Below are positions 39,421 through 54,642 of a DNA stretch of 64,000 nucleotides, one piece after another. Positions within the stretch are counted from its first letter, which is position 1, and every line of letters starts with the position of its first letter. Under the pieces are notes generated by a model. It was not told where the DNA came from and ran no database searches. It saw only the letters and a list, made by a program, of their open reading frames with translations. The stretch is from the human T2T-CHM13v2.0 reference genome, Homo sapiens: assembly GCF_009914755.1 (NCBI RefSeq), contig NC_060925.1; one strand, 5' to 3'. Both the position numbers and the translations under genes were made by a program.

Positions 39421-40625
39421 ATTGCCTCTCCAAGGAAAAATAGCAAAGCAGGAAGTTTAGAATATATAGTGAAAAATAGATGGAAAGCATGGGCCACAGA
39501 TTGAGCAATGGCCTGGAAATTAGAATTACTGAATTCTCTCTTTTCTCAACACTGCCCTGGGACTTTCCTTTATCATCGCAGACTGTGTATTAAAAGTCCT
39601 TTGTAAAGGATGGAGCCCTATACAAGTGATATTTCATCTATATAACTGTTATAGATAATAACAGTTTTATCTATAACTACATTTCTACCCTTATAAAATT
39701 GGGTTAATATTATTTTTTCACCAAAGTGCTCTAATAGCATGTTGGAAAGTGCTCAGAGAACCACAAATGATGAACCTTTTAAACATCACCACTTGTCAAC
39801 GCAGGAACTGTGTAAAGTGATTTGAGGTCTTCTAATTGAGCTGCATCATCTAAATTTAAAGCACCCAAAGAAGGTAGTAGTAATAGCAACAATATCAGTT
39901 CAATAGTAATTAGTAATAAACCTAGTCAACCAGCTACAGGCTGGGCTAAAGCTTCTAAGCATTTTCTGCCAGAGAGAATTTACTCCTGCTCTGAAGTGTC
40001 TAATAAGGACATTAACAGAGCTGAGAGCCCATCTGCGATAGGACTTTTCCAAGAGCCTTCAGAAAAGTCTCTTAATTCTGCTGTGTGCCTTCATATATGC
40101 ATACATGACTGAACGTAACTGACCTGACATTGCTGAGTTCCATTCTCCAAATACTCTTCCCAGTGCAGCCAGAATTAAATCATTGAGTCATGTGCCTCTA
40201 GAGGATCGTTCCTATTGGCCCCCTCCATACATGGTAAATATCATGATCAAACAGTCACTGACCTGTTGCTCGCACATGGCCCATGGCATCACCTAGAGAG
40301 GCATACGATTATTTTATAATAGAACATTAGTACATGTATATTTTTAAATGGCTATTCTAAGTATTTCAAAATGAAGTGTTAAATTAATTTTCCTTCAGCC
40401 AAAGAAAAGCTAGAAAAGTCAGCTTTTAAGTTTCAAAGTATGTAGAGGTATGTTTCCTGTGTTTGGCATCTTGGTCATGCAAGAGGTTCAGTGCAGACTG
40501 TATAGGGTATAGTTATAAGAAGTACCTCACTCGCAAGTCTCAGTTGCTTAGCATGAAATTCATAGGTAAAAGTGGTAACAAGTAGTAAAATTGTAAATGT
40601 AATTTGAGAAAGCTACGGTAAATAG

Positions 40626-40984
<359 letters not shown>

Positions 40985-41264
40985 CTTTCCTAAACTATTC
41001 TTATCTCGATTTTTATCAGCCCTCATTTTGATAAAGCAGTTTTATATTGCTTTTATGTGAATTATCTCCTATGTTTTACAGAGAATTCCAGTGGATTCTC
41101 ATGGTTCCAGTGAGTGCATGGGGTAGGGCTGATGGGGTTGCTGGCAGAAGAGCTATTACAAGATCCTACTCTTCTGATGTAGGGCCATTTGGGCCTCTTT
41201 TGCATATTGGGCTTCTTAGTAATCTTAAGAAAGGAGTTCATGTTTCAGAAAATTCTTTTGAAAA

Positions 41265-41457
41265 ATCACTGCATTTTTTCATTTCATTCTCTCCAGAAAT
41301 CTTTGAGGAGATATTGTTGTTCCTATTGTGCAGGTGAGGAATTGAGGCTTAAACAGATTGAGTTTCCAGAGAGTACCTAACTCAAAATTTGCTGAGTACC
41401 AGCTCTAATTCTGATCTTCTGACTCTACCATTTGTGTTCTTACCACTAAATACTGCT
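41265..41457 (-). mobile_element. MIR
   Basis: 'cctattgtgcaggtgaggaattgaggctta..tcttctgactcta'. Confidence 0.7.
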
Positions 41458-42199
41458 AGTTCCTTTTTCCAAATTTGAAATACCAGTAAATTTGAGAATG
41501 ATCTTTTTTAAAAAAATAGGCTTAGGCTGTAGAGAGTACTATGTTTGTAACTCTCCTACTTATGTAAATTTAGCATCTGTATATGTATGAATCATGTATA
41601 TATATATATATATATACACACACACATATGTATGTATGTATTTTATATACATACATATTTCAAAGTACAAAAAGGTAGACTGAAGCTATTCACAGAAGAT
41701 AACTTTGGTCATGCTTATATTCTTGGCCTGTTATGGATGTAACATAACAGTATGTTTCTGTATATTTTGTGTTCTGCTAGATAGACTTTAGGTTAGAACA
41801 GCCATTGACTTTGTGTGTCCTTAAGGAAGTAACTGTGTCTCTCTGAATCTTGAATGACCACGGGCACACTGGAAATGAAAGTATTTGCCAGTTTCCACAT
41901 GAAAAGTGAGTAAAGCAGGATTTTGCTTGCTGTCTCTTCTTAGGCTCAGGGTTAGAGCAACTGTAAAATAATTAATAATCCTCTCATAGAAAAATTTGCT
42001 GGACTTTAATGATGCTTAAGTAATCTAGGACTCAACCTGAGATACTATGATACCAAGGTAGTGGCTATCTATGCATTCACAGAGGAATTGTGTCTAGCCC
42101 TAGGGTATCCTGGGGCTAGACAGCTTTAGAATTTTGTTTAGATTGGAGGTTGAGAGCTAGAAGATAAAGGTTTACAAATTAGAACAGCAACATTTTTTA

Positions 42200-43060
42200 A
42201 TCCACCTCCCAATTATACACAAATCATGAGTATGCATCATAAGTAAATGATGCATGCCAAGCAGTTCATGAAAAGAGGTGTACCCACTATTCTTACTCCA
42301 AAATGATCAAGTTTAGCCATTGTGATAAACAGTATGGGCACCATTCGTGTTTTTGCTTTTGAGTTTTTGTTTGTCAAGCCACAGCTAATTATACAAGCAG
42401 ACTAGCAGGATTTGAGATGCAAAGTGTTAAAACTAATAGTGTATGTCAAATCCTTTATTAAAAAGTACATGATAAAGAAAGATCATGTCACACCATAAAT
42501 AGTAATTGTACAATACAAAAGGTGTGTGTGTCTCCAGGGTACGTGGAGAGCCAGTTCATTGAGGTTCGACTGACTTTCCTCGCCTCACGTTTCCTGCTGG
42601 CTTCTAGAAGCAGTCATGTGGATCAGAGGCCAAGAGATAATTAAGTGGAAATAAGAACTCTATATCCGGCCTCTTTGGAAAGAGGTAGCAAATCCTCCTA
42701 ATCAATTCTGATTCCTGCCGGCTTTGTTGCCTAAGGTCAGCTTAACAGTCATTAGAAGAGGTCACGGCAGGCTCTGTGATCTCTATCATCTAAGGTTAAA
42801 TAATACGTCATTAAAAGGGTCAATCAGAAAAGAGCAGATTCTTTCCCTGTGATTCACATATTTTGCAGAAGCTTCTGGCTTGGAATTTCTATCGCAAGTT
42901 TCAAATCTCACAGCAGAAATGTTTACACATTGCAGTTTGGCTGAATTCAGAGGAAGCTTTCCTGGATCTCTGATGAGAATGAGAATTGTGGTCATGGGAA
43001 GCATATGGCCATGACATTCATCCCTTACTCAAGATAAGCTGAGGAGCAAGGTCAACACAT
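42200..43060. promoter_or_regulatory. Candidate enhancer block (nuclear-receptor half sites, PBX/HOX motifs)
   Basis: Repeat-free. RGGTCA at 42734, 42759, 42817; CAAGGTCA 43047; GTCAATCA 42819. Confidence 0.35.
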
Positions 43061-44154
43061 TGCATCAGACCTCAAATGAAGACTGGAACATATCACCCTA
43101 ACCGCATGGGACTAGGATGGGGTGAGCACTGGGGCAGGAGCAGTGGTGTGTGATGGAGGGGTGGAGGAATCTTTCTCCACTCCAAGATGGGATCAGAAAT
43201 GTAGGAGGAAGCCAAAAAGAGCAAGCTCACCACTCTTGGCATATTTTTTCCACCTTGACATTGATAGCTAGACCTCACTCCTGGTTGGGAAATTTTCTAA
43301 GCTACCAAGAATAGGAAAAAAATCAACCATAACTAAAGCCCTTTGAGATATTCTTCCTTGTCTTCATGAACAGGACAATATTAAAACATTACAGAAAGTT
43401 TGGAAAACAAAGGGAAAAAAAAGCTGATAGCCCTGCCCTTCAAATATACAACTCATTGCATTTTTAGTAATGCCCCCTTTCAGTTTTTAATCTATTTGCA
43501 TATATAATATATTAGCTAGCTAAAATTGGAACATAAACAATATATATCTTGCTTATTCATCTTACAACTTAATACAGAAATTTTCTGTTACTTTATTACT
43601 TTTTATAATTATTTTTAACAACTGCTTAATATTTCTCAGATAGAGTTTTAAGTATTATTACCCTACAAATAGGTGAAAGTAATGATGAATAGCATTTAGT
43701 ATAGCCAGTCCTGGATAGACACAGAAAGAAAATGATACATTTTTGTTTTTCTCCTCCTTCAAATTCTGCCAAATGCCACTCATCAGCAATATAATAGTGA
43801 AATAAAGTCCATATTCAGGTATTTGATTTGGAGTTGCTGGAGATTTTTGGTAGATTTAATTCTTCACATGATTAACCCACTGTTATTAGCAAGGCTTGGA
43901 CCCTTTGACCACAAAAAAACTTTTTAGAAGTACAGTAGCTGGGGGATGATTGGATGGGTGAGTGGATGGATGGATGGGAGGCAGAGCAAAAGGGAGAGAA
44001 TGAATTTGTCATTGATCAAAGCACTGTGCATGGCTTAGGAGAACCGTGGACCAAGCAGGCCCGTATAGATGATCCACCCTGTCTGATGGTGATTACCAGC
44101 ATCTGACAGATCAAGAGGATGTGGGAATGAGGGTTTGAATGAATGCAGATATTC

Positions 44155-44399
44155 ATCGCTTGAGCCCAGGAGTTCCAGACCAGCCTGGGCAACATTAGTA
44201 AGACTGTGTCTCTACAAAAATAAAGTAAATTAGCTGGGCAAGGTGGCACATGCCTATAGTCCCAGCTACTTGGGAGGCTGAGGCAAAAGGATCACTTGAG
44301 CCCATGAGTTCAAGGCTGTAGTGAGCTATGATTATACTGCACATTAGCCCGGGTGACAGAGTGAGATCCTAACTCCAAAAATCGGAAGAAAAAAAAAAA
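44155..44399 (+). mobile_element. 5'-truncated AluJ
   Basis: Starts at 'atcgcttgagcccaggagtt'; J-type right arm 'gttcaaggctgtagtgagctatgat'. Confidence 0.92.
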
Positions 44400-44423
44400 G
44401 AGCTTTCAAACTGGGGGCTAGTT

Positions 44424-44424
<1 letters not shown>

Positions 44425-44464
<40 letters not shown>
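44425..44464. repeat. (GT)20
   Basis: Read directly. Confidence 0.97.
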
Positions 44465-44466
<2 letters not shown>

Positions 44467-45277
44467 ATGCACATGTGCATTCCCTGAATGCTCATTGCTA
44501 ACTGTGTGTTGGCCTTTCTTACTAAAATGCATGTGTATATGTCTTTGTGTATGTATGAAATATCTGAGAATATAGTATTTAGACCCCATTAGTGAGGGTA
44601 AAAATATACAGATAAACTATATCATTTATGATTCTGATACGGCTACTGTCAAAATAACACAGTATTTTGACAGCTGCTTTATCTTTACTCTCACTGACTA
44701 CAATAAGAAACTAGTTTCTTAGCAACTAAAATAAATTCTCAATCAGAGCTTAAAAAAATTTTTTTTAAGCCCACAATAGAAAAAATAGACCCATAGTTGG
44801 TGTCTAGGCAAGCTATTCCTATTGAGTGGGAATGAAATTTATCTGAAACATTCTGATACCCTTTGGCTGGTCCAGCTGCCCTTGGTTAGCACCAGTGGGG
44901 GCAGAGACAGTCAGAAGTAGCTTTCAGGAGGCTTGGGAAAAATGTTCATTGTTCTTTTTCTTTGTTTCAGTGGGTTCTTTTTAAAAACCATTTCTTATGT
45001 TATATACTAGGCTAGAAAGTACTATAAGAACTAGTACCTAAGATCTGGAACAGAAAGCCTGCATTCAGATTTGTCTTCACTGTGACTTGTAGGCAGTGGC
45101 TTATATATCAGTTAATTAGCCAAAATGATAGCGGTAGAGGCTGGGGAAGCAAAAGAGAAATTTAGCTACTTCAGGCCTGTTGTGTTATGTCTTTAAAACA
45201 TTTTGAAACCCCCTAAGGTAACAATTTTTAAATAGGGTCTAGGGATCCCCACCATTTCCAGGGAGACTATGAGGTCA

Positions 45278-45691
<414 letters not shown>

Positions 45692-45861
45692 TCACAGACT
45701 GAATGCAGAAACAAGAGAATCTGGCCATCTTCTTTTAAGTCAGACCTTAAAAAGATTTGTAAAAATGTAAAACTCACTCTTCTCACTAATATATTTGTTT
45801 CAAAAACATTTTTTATAGACATGGGTTATTTATGTTCAAATGTAATGGGTTTATTGCCCCC

Positions 45862-46175
<314 letters not shown>

Positions 46176-46484
46176 TAAATGAATTAATATTAAAAAATTC
46201 TTTAGTCTCAAATTTATGAATATTGATAAATATGACCTATATAAACAGAAGCTATTTGGAGTCCTCAATAGTTGTTAAGAATGTAAAGGGGTCTCAAGCC
46301 CAAAAGGTTTGAGAAACACTGCTTCTAAAAACTGGCTGTCTGTACCTGTGTGTGATTCATAGGTTTGGCAAAGTCACCAACACTATTTCCTTTCAAATGC
46401 CAAGGGAGATTTTAACGTGGCTACCAAGAAACAAACAAGCGGAGATGTCAAACAGTTAATGTGTCCATTTAGACCCCTTTAAGG

Positions 46485-46488
<4 letters not shown>

Positions 46489-46520
<32 letters not shown>
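46489..46520. repeat. (GT)16
   Basis: Read directly. Confidence 0.96.
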
Positions 46521-46522
<2 letters not shown>

Positions 46523-48933
46523 CCTCAGTGCTTAGATATGCAGGTAGATAGACACTTAGCTCTTAAGAAAGGAATTCATCTCTACTCATAATTTCCTTCT
46601 GCTGGTGCCATGGCAAGTGCATTTCTGAGTAAAGTAGTCTGTGTGCATAGGTGCCACCCTACCAAATACTGTGAGCCAGATTGCCATTCTGGACCAAGAT
46701 CTGAGAAGGAAGACATAGGGGAGAATGCAGAATGTGGAAGGAGGAGAGGAGGGGATTGTTAATTAAGCTCTATTAAATATTAATTGAAATATAAATTTAA
46801 AACCTCACCAACTCCTGACAGTTATATAATCTAATTAAGTGGTAGGTCCTGTTGCCCCACAGTGTCTTTTGGTGTATTAGGGGAATAAAGTGATCTTCTT
46901 CTCATAAACACTATGAGGGCTTTATTAATCCAAGGTATTTGCCAATAAAGTAGATGGGAAAAGTGGCAATAATAATAATTTTATGGAACATGGAAGAATT
47001 GAAGGGGCAATTTTGATGTGGATAGGAGTGCAGTGAATCAGCTGCAGTGATCCACATGGAATCTGCACGCTTTGGCCTGTCATTGGGGTAAGGAAGATGA
47101 AGTCCTTGTGTACCATTCCACATTTACATGTATATTTTTTGCTCATGGAGAATGTATATTGAATCCCTGAGACCAGTTTTAATTTTATAAGCTGCCTTTG
47201 GTGGGGAAAATGGTAAGTCTGTGCATGTGTGTGTTTTATAATGAAAGTTTCAAAAGAATAAAACCTGGAAGGGTTGTGGAGATGAATTTGATTTCTTACT
47301 AGCAAACATGAGTAAGCCTGTATTTTGCAAATTTTCCAGCAACGGGGCTGTTGGAGAATAGTGAAAACGATCTGAATCTTTTATCTGTGCTGCAAGAGAA
47401 AAGAACCTCTACATTCATTTCTTTTTTGGCTCTCAAAAGTTCTTAATGGAAAGTTAAAAAGTGCACAAGATTGTCTTTATTTTTTGTTTCTTTGAATTAT
47501 TTAATAATTTTAAAAAAGTGCACAGCATGTAGTTCTGAGATGTTTTAGGTGGTGTAACTAAATTTAAAAAATAATTATCATGAGTTAAGTCAGCAACTCT
47601 TAGTCTTTATTTTTGACCAGGCTCTAGACTAATGCATCATTAATTTCTCTGCATAAAAGCAGGGCTATTTAATTCTCCTTGTTATCTTATTTGTCTTTTG
47701 TTTGGGTTTTGGTAGTTGTTGTTTCTCATTATTTTGTGTCAGGATTTCGTTATATCCCCTCATTTTCTATTGCTGTTGGTACATTAGTCCCCAAGTTTGT
47801 GAGATGCTATTTCAGTTTTAGAAAAGGAGTCCCTTGGAATTAAAAATGGAGTTTGCAAGACCACACTTGACTTCGTGCAGGTCGGCCAGACCCATTTGTG
47901 AGTAACACAGCCCTTGCGTGGTTTTGACCTTTGATTTGTGGAAATGAGAGTGGCTTCTCCTTCCCCAGGGCCACTGTGGCTAGCTGGGCTTGGGGGACGA
48001 GCATAATATAATTGTGTCATGGATTGCTCTGTTACTCCTCGTATGTTAGCAATTTTATTGTGGTCTCTTTTATTTCCTTTTCAATTTGGGCCCCGGCAGT
48101 TTCCCAAAGGAATGTGGATAAAGGCTCTCAGTGTTGGAAACGGGAATGATGCAGTTGAGCAGTTGCCTCACCTCTGAAGGTGGCAGGAGTAGCCGTGAAA
48201 GGCCTCTGAGAGAAGAGATTTCTGTTTAGTGTGGTGGAGAAGGGGTCAGTACTCTTTGTTGTCATTTAGTATGTATCGAGGAGCAGCGTGTTCCCTTGGC
48301 CACTGGAAGGGTGGGCTTGGGAAGATGTTTATGTATCTCGGCAAAGGTGGACTGAGCAGGTGGGGGACTTAGAGCCTGTCCTAATCTCTGGGTGATAGTG
48401 TGTGCCCACTGCCCTGCTGCCTATGTGCCCGGCTGGTGTGTGGACGGGAACTCAGACCCATGTGCTCATGGGAAAAAGCAGAGGCTGGGCTTCTTTTGAG
48501 AACTTGGCAAAGGCTTCCCTGTTCACTTTAGAGTGTTTCTTTTCTTGAAGCCAGTGCTGGATCTTGGGTCTGTGCTGCTGACGTTTTAGAACATGAGAAA
48601 GAGCCGCAGTAGGAGCCAAGTATCTGCCAGACTGTGTCGGGAGAACCTTTATCATTTCTGTCAGATACATCACAACTCGCTTGTCTTACCATACATCTTC
48701 CTAAATGTGACAGAATATTCAGCTGTTATTAATTGAATACTCTCTAATTTAACTGCTTAGCGGGAGAAAGAGTGACTGGTTTGTTTCAACACGTAAAACT
48801 GGCATCAACCTGTCTGTGGGTTTCAATGCTGTTGCATTGCAGGGACTGAAAAAGTGACTGTGTAAGGAGAAGTGGTTACCCTACTTTTTTCAACAGGGTA
48901 ACTAAATTCAGTTTATTGTTCTAAAACAGAGGG

Positions 48934-48989
48934 GTGTGTGTGTACGTGCGTGCACGTGCGTGCGTGTGTGTGTGTGTGAGAGAGAGAGA
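48934..48989. repeat. Alternating purine-pyrimidine tract (GT/GC mix) followed by (GA)n
   Basis: 45 bp of unbroken RY alternation at 48934-48978 with 5 CpGs. Confidence 0.92.
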
Positions 48990-49461
48990 TGAGGATAATA
49001 CAGATCAGTTTATGGGCATGATATGCTTCGTGATTTTTTTGTGTTAAGTATGTTGTAGGTGGTACTCCAGCTCCTCTGAAGTTTAACTTACCTAGAAGTT
49101 GACACTGTGTTGTGTTCTTTTAATCAAAAAGCTTAAAATAATGAACTTGTTTTGTCTTTATCTTTGTAATCAATAAAATGTAAAAAAAGAGCCCTACAAA
49201 TTTCTGTATAATATTGAATGTGGTGCTAAGAATTAAAAGCCATATTGATGAAATAAATTAAAGATTAAAATATAAGGAGCTAAGAATGAATTTTGAGAGT
49301 CTGCACACAACTCCTCTCTCCTTGGACCTTTGATGGAAGAACAAAAGTGAGTCAACTGTCAGCTTCTCCAGCTACCCTAGAAAAGCAACAGAAGATTCCA
49401 ATTCATTGATCTAGGAAGAATCTAGGCTGTGAACTAGACATCCTGCTACACTTGTGGGTAT

Positions 49462-49781
<320 letters not shown>

Positions 49782-52700
49782 TAAAAGAAGATATAAAAAT
49801 GTGCTCAGTGCCAGAATGCCTCTAGGTTCATATGCAGCATTTTTTTTTTAAAGAAATGAATTCAAAGCACGATAATAAGTAGAAGCCTGACTTGGCTTGA
49901 ACATAACACTCTGTCGGCAGTGAGGTAAAGTGAAACAAAAGACAGTGTCCCCAACTCTGCCATGAAGGTCAGCAGAGTGTGATGTGGCACTTTGCAGAGA
50001 TGGATGAGACTTCCAAGGCTGAGGACAAGGAAGAGCATACCTGCAGTCCTTTCAATCGCCCATCATGGGACTATTAGCTTGAGCGTTCTGGAAAATATTA
50101 TTACCCCCAGGGCGCCATGTAACTCCCTGGCTCCTGATAAGCTGCCAACATGGCTTTCTCTGGGCTGCAAAGTTGGAGCTCCCCTGGCAGGGTGCCAGGG
50201 TTTTAAGAAGGCTCTGGGGGCCCAAGGTAGCCTCCTGGTGCAAGTTAACATTCATTGTAAAACCCGATTCAGGAAAAAAAAAAAAAAAAAAGAAAGAAAA
50301 AAACCCTTCCCTTGCTTTCCCCTCTGCACAGAGCTAGCTGGCATACAATTAATATCTGTGCTGGCACGTTGCCCCTTATTTTAGGGGCTGGCTTTTGCTT
50401 TGGGATGGCATGGAGAAGGGGATTATTTGCACTGTAGCTTTTGATGTAAGCCATCATTGTCATATTATATGAATAGCACCGCGTAAGGATGGCTGGGGAC
50501 AAAGACCAGTCCTCCATCCCTTCCTCACACTGCCCTATGTAACCCAAGTCCTTGTCACAAAAGGGCTGTCTGATTTTTTTTCCCCTTTAAAATCTTATGG
50601 AAAATAGTGGCCTTAGTTGGAAACCTTAATTTTTAAAAAGCATCCTTTAATTTGGGCATTGCGAAACGTTAAAAATTGGAAAAGTTGTTTTTTTCAGAGA
50701 TAATTTACACGTTTGTACACAGAAATGCTGCACACATATGCTTATAATCATATTTATAATTACTTTTTCTTTGTTGCAATTTAAAAAACGTACACTTAGT
50801 TATGAGGTCTTAAGGAATGCTAACATTGCATATGTAGTCATAGAAGAAAAAGGCATCACATAAATTTTGGTAATTCAGAATGGAAGCCTATATCATGAAA
50901 ATACCAAAACCATAAAATCTACTTACTTGAGGAAAACTGATTTGAGAATATCTGGCATGTTTCTTAGCTCACTAAGTTTAGTGTTTATAAAACAAATAGA
51001 AGATAATGTTTTTAGTAGACTCTGGGTGTCCGTATACATATGTGTAACTATACATATTTAGGCTTTATCATAATGTTTGAATGGAGAATGCTTAATGTAG
51101 TAATATAGCAACATAGCAAAAATTCTAAACTTCAAATATACAATTCAAACAGTTGTCACAGATAAAGGCTAGATAAGGAGAAAAAAATGTATTTATGAGG
51201 CAACTCATTAAATAACTCAGCATTCTTAGCTCTGTGATGCATTGGGAGTTGTAGGGAAGGGAGTTGGGAGCTGAGGAAGTAGAAGTGGTATTTAGTCATA
51301 TTTCTGAAACTATTCTGGATTTTTGTTTTGTCAGGAGAAAGATGCAACAAATATTTATAGGGCCTCCCATTTTTTTTTTGCAAGAGGAGAGCAGAGGACA
51401 TAGCAATGAACAAGAGAGAAGGTATCATTGCCCCCCATGGAAACTGGGTTTTTATAAGGGAGACATATAAAAAATATTTTGGGGTTCAAGGATGTAACCT
51501 GATGGGGAATAGTGATATTTTTGAAAAGCTGATCATGACTTGTAAAGTTCAATTTCAGAGTACTGATGAGAAGAACCATGAAATATTGTAATTTTTCTAA
51601 TTAACATAACACCTGGAAATTTCTAAGCAAATGCCATTGGAAACTAATAATATTTGGTCCTAATATTGAAGTCGTATCTATTCAACTCACTGACGATTCA
51701 CATTTTCAGTTACTGTCTGAAGTTTGACCAGATAGGGAAGATCAAGGGGTTCCTTAAAAGAATGTTAAGTAACAACCCCAAAGTAATGTTTTAGCTTTCA
51801 AAATACTGAAAGAGGTTTAAGGTGTTATCTTGTCCACCTTGTTAATCATATAAATTCTATTATCCCTTTAACATGTCTAGCCAATGAAGTCAGTGTTTTC
51901 CATCTGCAGTCAATTGGGTATTGACAAGGAATAAGAAAGGATTTCTAAAATACATTTTTTTCAAGCTAATTTCAGCTATTATTATTATTATTTTTTAATC
52001 TCTAAATCATGCTGTTACTATTTCGTCACCCAGCATGTTTCCATTAAGGCAATCACATTAGGTTGGGTTGACCCAGTAAAACTTTCCAAGGTTTATCAAC
52101 CACCAGGCCAATTCAGACTGCAGCCAAAGCTATGTTCTCATCTTTGGTGGGCTGGTCAAAGTGAACCTTTGGATCTGATAAGACCAAGTACATACTCCCA
52201 TGCTATAGTGTTTTCACTAAAACACTTTTAGTTTTATAATTTAAAATTGTACCTCATGGCATTGGAGGTGATTAGACTTTTCCTACAGATGGAACTGTGT
52301 GTTGGATCTGATTTTTAGTTGGGCAGCAAACCTACCCAGAACCATCTACTTGCCCAGTTTTATCCTTACCCACAGCCGCCTCATATTTCTACAGCACTTT
52401 ATGTTTCACAGTAATTTTCCCTCCTTGATTCTACAACTTCTACCCCTAGAAACCTGTGTTATTTTCATCCCTTACAGAATCACAGATCTGTGAGCGGAAC
52501 GTTGTGTTCACAAAATACTGTTGATTATTTTACCACTTCAATGGTTGTTTCAGACAACCACCCTTTTCTTTTCATTATTGCTTAAATATATCAGTGCATG
52601 GTGTCATGGGTTACAGCTAATAAAAATCCCACTCGAGTGACTGCAGCCTGGCTTGGTGGGAAGTGACACTGCGAGCTGCAGGCCGACTCTGAAGAGGCAG

Positions 52701-53104
52701 GTTTTAGATGTGCCATGATGCCAGGGATTGATCTTGGCTCTGCAGAGTGGAGGACATAGAGATGATGCGAGCATCCCTGCCTAATGGTCCCCAGCAGAGG
52801 ATGGGTGGAAGGTGACTTCCGGGTTCATGCTCAGGTGGAAGCCGCCTGCCCTCACTGCCTTCTTACCCTGTCTCCGTCACAACCTTTCCTATCCTTCCCA
52901 GTGACCAGCCAAGGGCAAGACAAGACTGCAAATTACCATCTAAAAGTATACTTGGCCCCTTCAAAGTATGAGAGTTAGATCACTTTTTTTTTTTTTCCTC
53001 ATGCTCCTTTCATGCTCCTTCCAGCCAAGAAGCTGGAAACTAAAATCCCTTTTCTTTTCCTCTCATCTTAGTCAATTCCATAGCATGAGCTGAGTGCCTG
53101 TTGT

Positions 53105-53172
53105 GCTCACCTAGCATCGTGTCTGGCACATAGTAGGTACTCACTAAATACTTGCTGAATTACTAAATGCAT
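53105..53172 (+). mobile_element. L2 3' terminus
   Basis: 'cacctagcatcgtgtctggcacatagtaggtactcactaaatacttgctgaat'. Confidence 0.75.
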
Positions 53173-54642
53173 GGAAGTTCCAGGATCCAGTGGGAGTGAT
53201 AAAGGTAAGGGAAAATTAAGGCAAGCAAAGGCAGGAAAAACAAATCTCTGCTTAAAGGAATCAAGAGACTGGCTACCCTTGGAGATAGTAACTGTAAAGG
53301 GTTTGGCTGGGGCTTCTGTGTGCTGCTCATAATACTCTCTTGATCCCACTTCTGGAGACTGGGCTGCATGCACTATACAAAAATTCACTGTACAGCTGTA
53401 ATGTATGTATTTCTACTTAATATAGTTTATCCTACTATCTAAAAAAATATGCCTTTAAAGGATAGTGTCGGTTCTCAAGTACCTTAACAATCTTTTTGCA
53501 GGTGAGGGTGGAAGGTGGGTGAAGAAACCAATATACAGGCAACGATTAGGATCATTATTTGGCTCAACCCCCATTCCAGTAGCATGCCGTGACTGCAGGG
53601 GAAAGAATGGCTCATTCCAAGCTCTGCCCTTATGTATGCCATTAACATAGATTCCCAGGGGGTGGGTCACCTTCTGAGTGGAGGCCCCTAAATCTAATGC
53701 CCAAGGAAGCCAAGACTCCTTGCACCCCGGGTGACACAGAATCCTGGGTGGCTGGTTCAGGAGCTTCATGTGCTAGCTCCCATTTATGATTTCTTTTTTC
53801 TTTTTTTAAAGAAAGAAACATAAGGAAAACATTTGCTTTGACATTGAATCCACCCCTACATGTAACAGTAATTGCAGGGCCTAGAGGGGGAAAGAAAGTA
53901 TCATTCCAATTTGGGGCCAACCAGCCTTGACAATATTGTGTTAAACCTTCTGAAGTGGTGAAGCCAAGCTGCAGCGAGGCAACCCTGGCACAGGTGGACA
54001 ATCGGGGACATGGAGAGCTGGAACTGGGAGACACTTCTGGAGTCAGGACACGTAAGGAGTACAAAATTACTCTTTGGGGCACTCTCAGGGAAGACCTGTG
54101 CCTCCAGGCCTGGCCCTTGGTTATGGCCTGTGCTCCTGACTCCTTAGGAGGTTTTGGCCATGAGCTAATCAGATGCCCAGTTCACACAGTAAGATATGAC
54201 TGCTTGACCTCCACATGGAGCCCGACTAGATCCCCCTAAAAACCACAGTTGTAAAGCTCTGTAGAGGTAGTGGCCTCTTCAAAGTCCCCAAGCACGCAGC
54301 CACACGTGCTTTCTCCTCCAGTCTCCGTGTGTCTGTAAAAGTTCAAATACTGAGTCAAGTTTATTGTTTCTATCTCGTTTATTTTAAGTATAGTTTTACA
54401 CTTTATTATGTGCAATGACATCTTAAATGGAGCCTGTCACTCCGTCTTGACTACTGCTCGGGGCTGGAGCCACTTACCATGTCACACATTCAGCAGCCCT
54501 GATTAACCGGATCAGAATGAGCAGCTCCATCTCCACCCTCTCCAAAATAGTGCCCCTTATTTATATGAAGCAAAATATGAGAACAACAGGATCCTGTATC
54601 TAAAGTGGGAAGGTTTCCAAGTTGAGGAAGTTTGGGATGGCA

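Noticed and set aside
44888-44906. CTCF-like sites (also near 10720, 25113, 31383)
   Set aside because: Each has a gap or mismatches at high-information positions.
52999-53020. 11-bp tandem duplication tcatgctcctt (and a similar one near 17388)
   Set aside because: Ordinary slippage events.
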